64,000 nt of DNA from Lepidodermella squamata. Lineage: Eukaryota > Animalia > Gastrotricha. Every line of letters starts with the position of its first letter. Position 1 is the stretch's first letter. The notes beneath the pieces were generated by a model. The model ran no database searches and was not told where the DNA came from. It saw nothing but the letters and a program-made list of their open reading frames with translations. The translations under genes and the position numbers were made by a program. The stretch is taken from NCBI GenBank assembly GCA_047495785.1, contig JBLDXI010000033.1, positions 2,480,001 through 2,544,000 on the forward strand, given 5' to 3'. This document shows positions 53,053-64,000 of the stretch, in pieces.

Positions 53053-53740
53053 GTATCTACAAGAAATTTAACGTAATTCAGTATACCAGAGATAGTGCTG
53101 AAGTATGGCCACCTTCGTTTTCGTCGTAACGAACATTGGGCAGGGACGCTGAGTGGTGGAAAGACGTTGGACTTTGGCTTCTCGAACCACCCGCTGAAAT
53201 CGCCGCCGGTATTGTAGTTGCCATGAATCCGCGGCTCTTGCTATCAACTTTTTCCTAAAATAACATAACGAAGAAGGAAAAAAAGTTCTTGTTAACGTTT
53301 GTTTTCTGGCTTTGTGGATGGGTTTTGTGAGAGCCACAACAAACATATGTGGCCTCGATGTTGTAGGCACCATGTTATTTACACCGCGGTGTGTGTGTGG
53401 TGTTCAAGTCTGAATGAAGCTTTAACAAAGCACAGCTGATAACGGCAGCGCTAGCTCTTGACAAAAGAGGCGGAAAGTATATTACTGCTAGCGTCACGGA
53501 GGCTTTTTATCGCGAGAAAGCTAATTTTTCCAAATGCGATGTTCCTCTTCCTCAGTACGCAGATTCCAAATCTGAGTTCGACCTATAAGATTATAATATA
53601 TCTGGATGACCCTCAAAATGAGGATTGTCTTATACTATGATACATATTTTATACAAGAAAATCCGCCAAATTCTCGAGACTGCCGTATAATTTATTATTT
53701 GGAATAGGCAACAGATGTATTAAACTGATGAAATTTCCAA

Positions 53741-54154
53741 TCAAGCGTGAGTGTATCTCGCAGCTGCGGCTGATTTTTGCTGTTGTTTTTTCCGCGCATC
53801 AAAATAGGCCTTTGCATTTGCAAGAGCCGCGTCCTGATCGCCTTGAACTTGCGGGCTCGCCTTCTTCTTATCTGGCCTGTTCCAAGTGTTTCCGTCTATG
53901 AGACTTTGTCGGTACTGCAACAACTGAGCAGCACCGCCCATCAAAGGATGAGAAAAGTCGAAGGATTGTCCTACGTCAGCATTTTCCAACTCGTTTATCA
54001 AAGGCCATAAATCCTTTTCCTCCTGAGCGAATCTGCGAAATTCGTCCATTTCGTTTGAATAGTAGCTTTGGCTGTTCAGCTTTTGCATAACTGCTGAGCT
54101 GGTACCAAACAGACCAAGCAGAAAACAGCTTTGCAACAGCATACGCTTGTTCAT
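53741..54154 (-). CDS. Orphan secreted 137-aa protein (possible peptide precursor)
   Basis: Single ATG-to-stop ORF. Signal peptide MNKRMLLQSCFLLGLFGTSSA. Basic sites RR, KKK and RKK. AATAAA ~45 nt downstream (plus-strand tttatt at ~53692). No recognisable family. Confidence 0.7.
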   Translation of the reverse strand: MNKRMLLQSCFLLGLFGTSSAVMQKLNSQSYYSNEMDEFRRFAQEEKDLWPLINELENADVGQSFDFSHPLMGGAAQLLQYRQSLIDGNTWNRPDKKKASPQVQGDQDAALANAKAYFDARKKQQQKSAAAARYTHA

Positions 54155-54963
54155 AGTTGTTTCCTATGTGATGGAAAATAGAGCACAGATTTAGGCTGCC
54201 ACCGAGCCGAAAAGATAAAACGTTGGGCTCTCGTGGGGTGAAATATTAGTTCCAGCTATTAAATGATAAAATTTGCTATCTGTTATCTGCAATTCGGCAC
54301 CTAACACATAACTAACTACGCCAACAGTGAGAGTACGCTGGTTTGAAATTCATTCACCATGTCCGCGCGCTGGTATTAGGAACTGTGTGGATGTGTTGCC
54401 TATAGTGTTAAGTTCTCATTTCAAATCCTTTTGGCTTATTTATTTTTTCGAATTTCATAGCAACGAAAGTTCAGATTTTCAAATGACTGCTTTATACAAA
54501 TTATATTTGCGAAACGATCATCATGTATATAGCCAATTTGCAGCGATGAAAATAAGTGAACTCTCATTTCAAGTAGGAAGTCTCCCAGTGCATGCCGTCT
54601 TCAGCGAACGAAAGAATCGAAAGAAAATGAAAAAATATATAGCGGCGCGTGAAAATAGAACAAGAGATGATGAAAAAGCTTGCAAATAGCTTGAATTTCC
54701 ACAGAATTTCCAACATTCAGATACTTATTCAATATGCATGAACCGATCAAGTTTGCGAAAGCAACATATAATGATAAAACTTTGAAAAAGGCAGTAGAAT
54801 TATTTGGATAGTGATGTATGAAATAGAAAAATAATAAGTCTTGCTACGTATACAACGTGGTCGCACAGGGTTGACAAATTTCATAGTCCCATGATAACAA
54901 CGATTTCTCATCACTGGGGTAGAACAAAGCGGCGATTCGGATTTCAACTGCCGAATTCCACGA

Positions 54964-57083
54964 TCAGACATCGCCGGGTAATTTCACGGCAAGAGGTGAC
55001 ACCACGAGGTTCGATGAAAGGCTACCGGTAGTTGCGTCGCATTCTGACACAGGCTGTGATTGAAAGTTTTCCAAAATAATCTGCATCAATTCAAATTAAA
55101 ACAAAATATACCGCTATGCATTTAGGGGGTGCATTAGCCCAGGCTGTAAGTTCTTCGCAATAGCCGGTCAGGCTATTTTTGCACATAATCCTCGAGCGGG
55201 TGCCTCGACAACCCGGCACTGAGCAACATGTGTAAGTTCGCTTCCACCTAGTATGGCAGCACCAGCAAGTCAAATTCTGCGAAACACAGGTCACAATATG
55301 AATCATATCGATCAAAGCAACAGTTCGAACTTACCATGGGTTCTTCGGTAATAGGCGGTATTGTCGTGGTCGTTGTTGTTGTTTCCTCCAAAGTTGTTTG
55401 CGTAGTCGGCGTTGAGGTTGTAGAAACACTCTCGGCTGTAGTAGAAATCAGCAAACGAAAATTCTCCGTGCTTGGAGATGGTGTTGTAGTTGTTTTTCTC
55501 GTCGGACGTTCTGTAAATTCCCCAGATTGAGAACTGCAAGATTTGAATGGACAAAAATTCACCTTTCGGCTGACCCTCAGCCAGCCGTTTTATCACTTCA
55601 TCACTGACGGAACAGCGAAATAGACCATTCTAGAGGTAAAAAGAGGCATATAAATAAAATGATAGATCCGAGGGAAATTGTACCTTCTGGCATAAGGGTT
55701 CCGTGTATTTCCATTTTTCGACGTTGGCGCAATAATCAGTTTTAACGTTAGCACACTTTGGTTCCTCCTGGGTGCCATTGCAGCCCAAAGTCGGGCAACA
55801 ATGAAACTGAAATGTTCACTTTAAATACGAATTCCAAGCTCAGAAATTGCTGAACAAACCGTTCTAGGCAGATATTTTCCTCCTTTTTGGCCGAACTGCG
55901 TCGTTGGCGACGAGCAGCACCAACAGTTACCATCCTGATCATCTGGTGGCATCATAGTCGTCGTCGAATCAATCCCGCGCTGGTCATGCACTTGCGGCTC
56001 AGTCGTATCAACTCGAGTAGTCGTTGATTCAGTAGTTGAAGCGATGGAAGTATCTGCCGTCGTAAGCACCACTGTTGTAGTTGGTGTTTCAGTCGTCGTT
56101 GCTGTTGTAGAAGTCGGTAATGTTGTTAATTCTGCAGTCGTCGACTCAGTCTGGGTAGTAGTTGTAGTAGTCTCGGTCGCCGTTGTTAGGGTTATTGGCA
56201 CCACCGTTGAAATAGTAGTCTCACTATGCTCCAAAGTCGATGTCGTGGACATTTCATACGAAAATGAGCCTGGAGTGGTTTTAGCTTCAACTGTACTCAG
56301 CGTAGTCTTTGCATCTTGGTCATCATTTTGATCGACACGAAAAACGAACTTCTTAGCGCCCGACTGAAGTTGCAACAGCGCTACCGCGTCACAGGACTGC
56401 GCCAGGGGAGAAATCAGGCGAAGCTCGCCATCAGCATCTGTAGCTTGATGGAAGCCGACAAAGGCTGGCACCAGGCGATCTGCCTCACAGACGTCGTCCG
56501 CATTGCAGCTGTAAACTCGCCAACTTGTCCAATTCAACGAGTCGTACTTGAAAATTGCATAGGACGCTGTGCCATCAGTGGCTAGTGCTAATTGGAATGT
56601 ATTTCTCGGCGCGTTGGTGCCGCAGTACTTGGCGCCGCCAAAGTAGGTGACGTTGTGCCAGGTCGCAACAAACGCCCACTTCAGCGGCGCACTGGCAGAT
56701 ACGTCGCGACTGATTTCAGTTAAGAGATCACCCGTTGTCATCTGGCGATAATACACGTTTCCATCTTGCTCGGTATGTATGTCGGACCAAAACGGAGCGA
56801 TTAAACGGTGCACGCCTGCGGCAGAAGTGTCGCTGCATAGTTGAACGTATTGATTGATACTGCTGTCGAACGAAACTGCTCCATTGATGTTAAGGTGAAG
56901 TTTCGATTCGCGACGCCTCGCGAATACAAATATTTCACTTAAATTGACTTCAGCAGACAGGTCATCGCCGCGGAGCAGGACAGCGTCGCCGTGTTCAGGG
57001 CCAAAAGGATACAGCGATGAGGCGTTGATCGTCGGAAGAATTTTCAGTATTATTCCACAAAATACGAAATAAAATATGTCCAT
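54964..57083 (-). CDS. Secreted NIDO-domain protein with Thr-rich stalks and two copies of an unrecognised 10-Cys module
   Basis: ATG at 57083 gives MDIFYFVFCGIILKILPTINA. NIDO motifs LYPFGPEHGD...LIAPFWSDI...AFVATWHNV...NTFQLALATDG. In-frame introns 55807-55859, 55630-55683, 55511-55562, 55277-55334 and 55054-55111 (52-58 nt). Ends ...AVKLPGDV* at 54964. No TM. Confidence 0.85.
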
Positions 57084-59362
57084 CGCTCCTCTATGTTGGA
57101 CAAAGAGACCTCTAATTTCCCATTGAATCAAGACGCAATGGCTTCTTTTCAAAAAAAACGAGAAAATTATGTTTTCCTTGTCATCGGTGCGATGGGTTAT
57201 AGCATAAGACAGCTTTATTCAGGGCAAAGCTGTAGAAAATGAATAAAAATTCAATTCAGCACTCGAGTGGGCAGAGAGTTAGAGCCTATCTGGGTGGGAC
57301 TCCTCAGGGATAATAATTTCAGGGTAACGGCTGAAGTGTCCAATAAGTGCTTGGTAAATATGGTAATAATGTTAACTGCAATTTAGCCACGCCTCTTTTT
57401 TCTCTACTAAAATAGCGAATAGCGAAGTTCTTAAAAAAAAACTTGCGACTTTTTCCAATTCCCGATTGATCGTCTGATCAGATTTTCATTAATAAGGCAT
57501 AACTCGGGATTTGATGCGCAGAAACTTCATTTCTTTTGGGTGTGATTGTGTTTCATCCGAACAATGGCCTGCGTTCTTTCATCCTGCCAACTAAAATAAT
57601 TCAAATAGCGCAAAATCAAGTTTCATCACATTTCATGGAAGTTTCCATGGGACTTGGGAAACGTAGAAAAAATTATTAATCCTATAGCCAGCCAATTGCT
57701 TGATCGGGAAGTCATTAAGCAGAAGAACAGTTGTAAGTACGGATTTCAGCTAAAATGCAGCATGTGGCCCAATAATCATGAATATCGGCTTCTATAACTA
57801 AATTAAACAAGAATAAGTGAGACGGGTGAAATGATTTTTCGCGAAATAGCCGGTGGGCAGGTTTCCCAGCCGCCTATTAAAAAATATAAGGAAACGCGAG
57901 TGAATACACATGAACGTTAGCAGCAAAAAATCGAACACAGCGGTAACGTAAACAAAACGCAGACTAGTAATCTAGTGTTATAAACTGACAAGGTATCATA
58001 ATAGAGATAACAAACCTGCGTCGTTATGCCAGTTCCGAAGGCCAATACTTACAAACCTTCAAGCATATTATTGCCTCCAATTTAGGTCATGTAAATGGTT
58101 TTCTAAAAGGAGTCGATAAAAAACAAATCGCGCAAGGTCAGTATTTTGACTATTTTGATGTTCATTGTTTTCATTGTATATTTAGCGTTACTGACGGAAT
58201 TGTATCTAGTACCTACCTAGGAACAGACAAAAATACGCCAGTCTAAATATCTGATTGATATAGGTAGATCATCAACACATGGTCAAGAAAACATGCTGCG
58301 CTAATAACCGCCGGTGAGTGGGAAAAAAGCTCATGCTCTGTTCTACAACGGCCACTCCCCGCATGATTGACGCGTGGAACTAGCGTTGAACGGTATAAAA
58401 AGGCGTATTGCGTGGGCTCAAATTGATCAGCGCCTCTAAAGAATCCGCTACTTGAAGCGATATGCAGCTATCATGAGATAGCAATAAAAAGGTAAGACTT
58501 ACTCAATGAGATGATTGTTCCGTAAAACAAAAAAATTGAAAGCGCTCGGAGAATCATTGCTCCATGCAAGAGCCCCGGGCGCCGGCTACACGTGTGATTT
58601 TTTGCGCGTATTTTCATCGCCGGCCAAGGTCCTCATCCCAGAAACATATGGTATTAATCGCCGCCAAACAATGTACCGGCGGCTACAACGGCGCATCGGC
58701 GTCCTCATAATTTGCTCTATTACATTTCGGTGTTTTAAAAGAAAGAAAATAATAACAACTATCGACCACATAATGTTATGTTGGCGCATATGAAAAATAA
58801 TCATCTCTTGAAAAATTAGTTTCAGTGCAATAATTGGATATCAATGCCAAAATAGAGGCAAACAACAAATCTCAACATATATTCAATTGATCTCCCACGT
58901 GTACTCGCATGATGGTGTGTCCATTTTTGAACTTGCTTTAGACCGCGATATTCTCAACGAAATATCTCTGAAAAAAGGGATCGATGTTGGCCGAATAATC
59001 ATATTAAGACGTTGCCCTATGTAGCACGTTCCGCGCCAATATAATGTAATCAAACCAGTGAGAAAGCGAGAGCGAACACATTTTCTGATCTTTGGCGCCG
59101 CGAGGGGCGGCGAGCCGATGGTTGCCAAGAGTGCATCTCATCAATGTGTCCAATTTTTTGCGACGTTTTAGTCTTTTTTCTTGTCACAGACACATGCACT
59201 TCAATAATGGCTTTGCGCTTATCCAATGCAATCAAAATCAAAATCGAGGGTATCGTCGAAAACAATTATTGATGAAAAAATGATACTTTCATCTTGTATT
59301 TATGCATTTATTAGATCAGCAAGCATCAGTGGTATATCAACCGCGCGTAACTTCTAGAAGTA

Positions 59363-61410
59363 TTAACAAGCAGTGAGGCGGCGGGAATCTTTGCTTTTCA
59401 GCGCGTCTTTCGAGTTGTCACAGAATTTGGACTCGGTTTGGAATTCACCGCTGAAAACATTGACGCTCTGAGGATAGATTGTCGGACTCCACTGCCATTG
59501 CCCGATTTCGTAGAATGGCGCATCGTGCTTCCACATTATTTCCACGCCAACGACCTGAGCGAAACGCTCTTTCGTGATAATCAAGTGGTCGAACGAGGCG
59601 CCATTTTCAAGATAAAAATTGTTTCTTTCAAAAAAGTTGGACCAGTATGAATACATTACAAATTCATATAAGTAAAGTCTTACTCGCCGAGCTCAATGAA
59701 ATCGGTTTGTACGCCGTCCTCGCCGAAAAGTTTAACCCAGACACGGCCTTTCTGCTTCTTATTGTTGTTGTTTTTCAAGGTCAAGCGAATGTGATGATGA
59801 TAACCTATGAACATTATTTTGACAGAAAAATATTTTAATTAATTAAAGAGTTACGGCAGTAAGGTTTATCGTTCCCGGTCATCGCCCAATACATGTTGTT
59901 CACGGAACCATCAGTTGGCTTGACAGCGCGAACGCCAATGCTGTTACATTGGGTTGTGTCACCTTCTGGGCAGCGAAGACACCGACCAGTCCTGAATTCG
60001 TCCCACCCGCCATCGCACTTGTAGACCCGCCAGGGGCAATCGCTTGGAGTAATAACCTCCTTGGGATATTCGTATCTGAAATTAATTTGAAGATGGATTT
60101 GGAAAATGAATTAATGATGTTTTTTTTCATACCCTCGGACGTGGTTGCAACCAAAGACATGCCTGAATCCTTCTGTGAGTCCCTGACCAATGAGCGACTT
60201 AATGGGACCTACGTCTTTGCAGCCATTTTGCTTTTTGCCTCCATTTGGATAAACATCAACGTGTCCGGACGGCTGCCACAATCCTAGGCCGCCATTTGTC
60301 GTGACGACGTTGAAAATACTGCTGGCATCGGTGTGTACGACATCAACGAATTCAGCATCTGTTTCGTCAAGGCGAACGGCTGGGTCCATATTTTCGAAAT
60401 ACGGATCGGCCGGGTCCATTCCAGTGATGCGCGCTAGACCAGGCAATCGTTCTCCAGCATAGCCACTGGCGTGAGCTCCCAAGGAATGGCCGAGAACATG
60501 AAAATCGCTCAATTTAGCTCCAGTTTCGGTCTTTTTTACGTATCGAAAGTCAATTGAATTAAATAACTGATGTTAAAAATAATTATTTTACTTACGACCA
60601 TCAACTTGATCAACTGAGCTGTTTCTGCGCCGACTACGCGAATATTGGCTGCAGACTAAAATTCAAATCGAATTACAACATTTATAAGCGTAAAGTGTAG
60701 GTTTATTTCACCTGTCCGTACAACTTGAAACCTTTGAGATTCCATCTGACGACTACGACATTGCAATCTTCAACGGCCAGGAAATCGCCTTTCATGTCCT
60801 TTCAAGAGAAAGTGGATGCGAGTTGAAGATCCAAGGAATGATACCAAGAAACTAACATAAATCCACTGGTGTTCGTCATTCCAGCCATGTAATATGAATT
60901 TTGTTGGGACTTGCGGATTGAAATTCGACTGGCGCAAAATTTCCGCATCATTGGGTCTCAAATTGTAGGCTGAGGCCAAGTTCTTTCGCGTGAATAGGGC
61001 GTACTCAGTGCCGATGGCTTCCGGGCTTTCGGGCAATAACGCAATGCGGCCGAATGCGGAGAATGGCGCAGCAGTAGAGAAGCAGCCCAAGTCACCGTAG
61101 CAAACCTCCTGATCTTTGGCTATTAAAATCGTGCAATATTTTAAGAACGCATGTAATACAGGGCATAAAAGTCATCAATCTACCACGCCACACCTTATAG
61201 GCTAAGAGCTATATTTCCCCATTGCTCATTATTTAGGTGGATTAAAAGCTACTTCCATTAAACAATGTTCAAATTGAGAGTGCGTAAAATCTAAGAAGCT
61301 TTCTGAAACTTACCCAGTCCGTACGGTTCGGCATCTAAAACATCGATGGTATTGCAGTGTATTAACGGCAGAAGGGCAACCAAAGTCACTAAAGCAAGTG
61401 GCGTCGTCAT
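59363..61410 (-). CDS. Pancreatic lipase-related protein (lipase domain + PLAT)
   Basis: Exon 1 MTTPLALVTLVALLPLIHC (signal peptide) spliced to KDQEVCYGDLGCFS. Also FILHGW, catalytic HVLGHSLGAH (Ser), ITGMDPADP (Asp), DAEFVDVVHTD, GHVDVYPNGG, lid C...FGCNH (His), and a C-terminal PLAT-like exon ending RRLTAC*. Confidence 0.93.
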
Positions 61411-62409
61411 TTTCGAGAATATAACAGAGGATTAATCTGAGGGGAAAGAACTTATTTCCTGTAGCTTCTGAAAGGTGCCTTATCGCCCGAGTTTTTTTGG
61501 GAGCTTTTATCTCGACCGTGCTAACAGCTGAATTTTCGGATAGATGCAAGAACAAATCATGTTCAACTACTGTAGTCGTGCTGTGAACTTTCGGTGCCGC
61601 CACACCACAACGGACTGGTGCACGGATATCGTTCTCTCACGTCGAGCTATTAGGTGACGCTGTCAAAAGGGTGTGTCATAGTTCATTTCTGGAAAAATCT
61701 ACTCATGTGTTTCGATCTTATGAACAGTCTAAACCGGACATTTTCTGAACCGGGCCATTTTGGGTCGCTCGATCCGAAAGTGAATTCACATGTGAATTTG
61801 TGTAGACTTTTTACCGGACTCTTTAAACCGGGTTAGAAAAGTGTCCTTGAAAATATTATACGCTTATTTTCCAACTTAAGCTGCAGATCCTTCGCAAAAA
61901 ATCTTCTTTCGTTAAGTTCGCTGTGATTGCTGCAAATAATACCTGTTTCAGCGCATAACTTCGCCCGAGACGCAAAGGTAAATGAGAAATAACTGCACAA
62001 GTTTATATCACTTATTTTATTTCGAACTATGCATTTCCGATTATTCCAGCGTTAAAATAAACAACCCGCCTCTCATTCACCACTCCAACACAATGTTACA
62101 ATAGGAATAGAATAATATTTTAGATGAAACCCTCATTTATTCCGAATACGTCTAGACGAATAATTATCGGCTTCATCATTCAAAATCCGGCATTCATAAT
62201 AACAGAATAACCTTCGAAATTAAAGCTATAAATGTTTTACCAGCATTTGAGATTTGGTCTTAAACACATGACACACTTTAGGACGGAATGTCACAGTCGA
62301 TTTCGAAAGAATAATAATAACATTAATAATATATTTAGATAGAACTCAAGAGCAAGAATTGCATCAAATGCTTCACTGATTAGTCAAATTGAATTGCACG
62401 AACATGACT

Positions 62410-64000
62410 TCAAAGACCTTTGCTGGAACCGGAAACGGGCAATGACTGCGTCAACTGCCGGATCCACGGGAGGGCGACATCGTTGACGTACTTCGAAATG
62501 GCCGCGGAGCTTTCTTGGATGTATTTGCTGCTGGTTGGACTGAAAGATTGGTCAAGATTAGAATAATTTCAGAGATCAAAAGGAAATCAGACTTACATGG
62601 CGGTCTTCGTTACCCACTCGTAGCCTTTGTTTCCGAGGGTTCGGAAATCAACACCATTCGAAAGCATCCAAGCGTGTGCCTTCTGGCCTTGCTCAACTGA
62701 GAATTCATAGGCTTTAGCAGCATATTCGGAACTAACATCATAAGCCACAATGCTGTAATCAACAGCCGTCGCGTAGAACTTGGACCCATACTCGACTGCG
62801 AAAGCCTGAACCTTGGGACTGTATTCGGCGTAATACTTATCGCCGTGCTTTTTCGCTTCCGAAAGATAATAAGACACGTGTTTCGACGCCGGTTCGTAAA
62901 CAGTCCACGCGAATTGGCCAGCTTTAGCAGCGTACGGTTTGACTTGCTCAATGTATGGGCCGACATGAGGATGGACAACAGCGTATGCTTCAAGGGATCG
63001 TTTCTGGACATGATTCAGCGTTTCGGCGACAGGACGGTACAAATTGTACTTGCGGAGCTGTTTCGTAGTGTACATGGCTTGCGCGTCGCCATTTGACATC
63101 AACAGATCAGCTCCAAGGGCGAGGATAGCGAGGAAAAGTAATGTTCGGGTCAGCCTGAAGGCGCCAGAGAAAAGTCGACGGAAAAAGCCACGTTTTTCCG
63201 CATATCCCGCCATGTCGCCTCTTGCGCTAATAGCCACGGCCGAATCAACTTTCTTCAATGTCTTTTTCATTTGCGAAATGTCCGGGACGTATTGAGCGAA
63301 AAAAGACATATTCTCGTTGACACTGGAGCTAAGGTATCTGAAAATCAGACATGTTGACATTTTCAATCTGATTTATGAAATGGTAACATACCCAGCGTTT
63401 TCAGGGTAGCGTCCGCAAGTGCCAATCCAAGCATTGCTGCATGCAGCTTGGTCGCAATGCAAACAAACCAGCAGATTTGACAACATCTAAATAGGCTCAA
63501 ATTGTAACCAAGAACAAATTCAGACATTGAACTAAACAGTACCTCTTTCTTGACAAAAATAGGTAGGCTCTCGTTGTATCGGATGAGAAAAGATGGAAAC
63601 ATCGTAGACGGCGAGCAATCACATCCGAACTTCATTAGCAAGACCTTGATCTTGAAACATAGGGTTGCCATTTGGCGTTTCTGGGCCGGCGTCATGCGGT
63701 TCAAAAACGCGGGCTGATTCATTTTTCCCGTGTTGGCGTTGACAGGGTATACCATATCAAAGAGGCGGAAAAAGTTGTGCGGAGAAACAGAAACCTCGCG
63801 AGCGAACAATTCAAAGTTCGGTGGTGGGTTGTATGGCTGGCAATCCTGAAGTGCATTCACGAGGAGATCGAAAGCTGGTTTCAAAGTTTGCGGTGCCGAT
63901 GATGGAGGCAACTGAAACTCGTTAAGCACGTTGTAAGCGTTCATCAGCTTCTCGCCGTTTGCCAAGGTCACACTGGTCATATTTGGCAGCTGAATGGTGG
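62410..64000 (-). CDS. TMEM214: Transmembrane protein 214 homolog (5' part lies beyond the window)
   Basis: VSPHNFFRLFDMVY...MTPAQKRQMATLCFKIKVL...STMFPSFLIRYNESLPIFVKKE resembles TMEM214 as recalled (IGPKDFFPLLDFAY...LTPSLQEQLCQLYPRLKVL...TYFPSFLSRATPSCPPEMKKE). TM LTRTLLFLAILALGADL, then amphipathic helical repeats. Last exon ends ...SGSSKGL* at 62410-62412. Confidence 0.85.

Noticed and set aside
55081-55111. Alternative 31-nt last intron in the NIDO gene
   Set aside because: Far below the local intron size class. The acceptor at 55054 gives a 58-nt intron and supplies the tenth Cys of the module.

Overview
Eukaryotic (metazoan, invertebrate-like) genomic DNA from a compact genome. The GT-AG introns I could delimit are mostly 51-59 nt, so the ORF track splits most genes into fragments, and I reassembled them by hand from splice sites. 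Genes, left to right: the 3' end of an ArfGAP1-like/coat-adaptor-binding protein (+); a type-I membrane protein with 2x IgGFc-binding domains, DNDCD motifs, a collagen helix and EGF domains (+); an LRR/mucin-stalk receptor (-); a cysteine-free lipocalin (+). These are followed by seven consecutive minus-strand genes: FAM135, a ~14.4-kb MUC4/SUSD2-like giant membrane mucin with three NIDO-AMOP-vWD modules, mucolipin (TRPML), an orphan secreted peptide, a secreted NIDO protein, a pancreatic-lipase-family gene and TMEM214 (5'-truncated). Non-coding DNA includes a 4-copy tandem array of a palindromic 424-bp MITE with chimeric internal units, and a dense nest of non-autonomous DNA transposons at 21.6-25.1 kb. 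I found no rRNA, tRNA, CRISPR or prokaryotic system. The best novelty candidates are an unrecognised, internally duplicated 10-Cys module (CWCC...CC...GCxGT...YC...W...PxC) in the NIDO protein, the type-I membrane collagen with IgGFc-binding domains, the triplicated mucin with different cleavage sites, and the MITE-to-satellite array.
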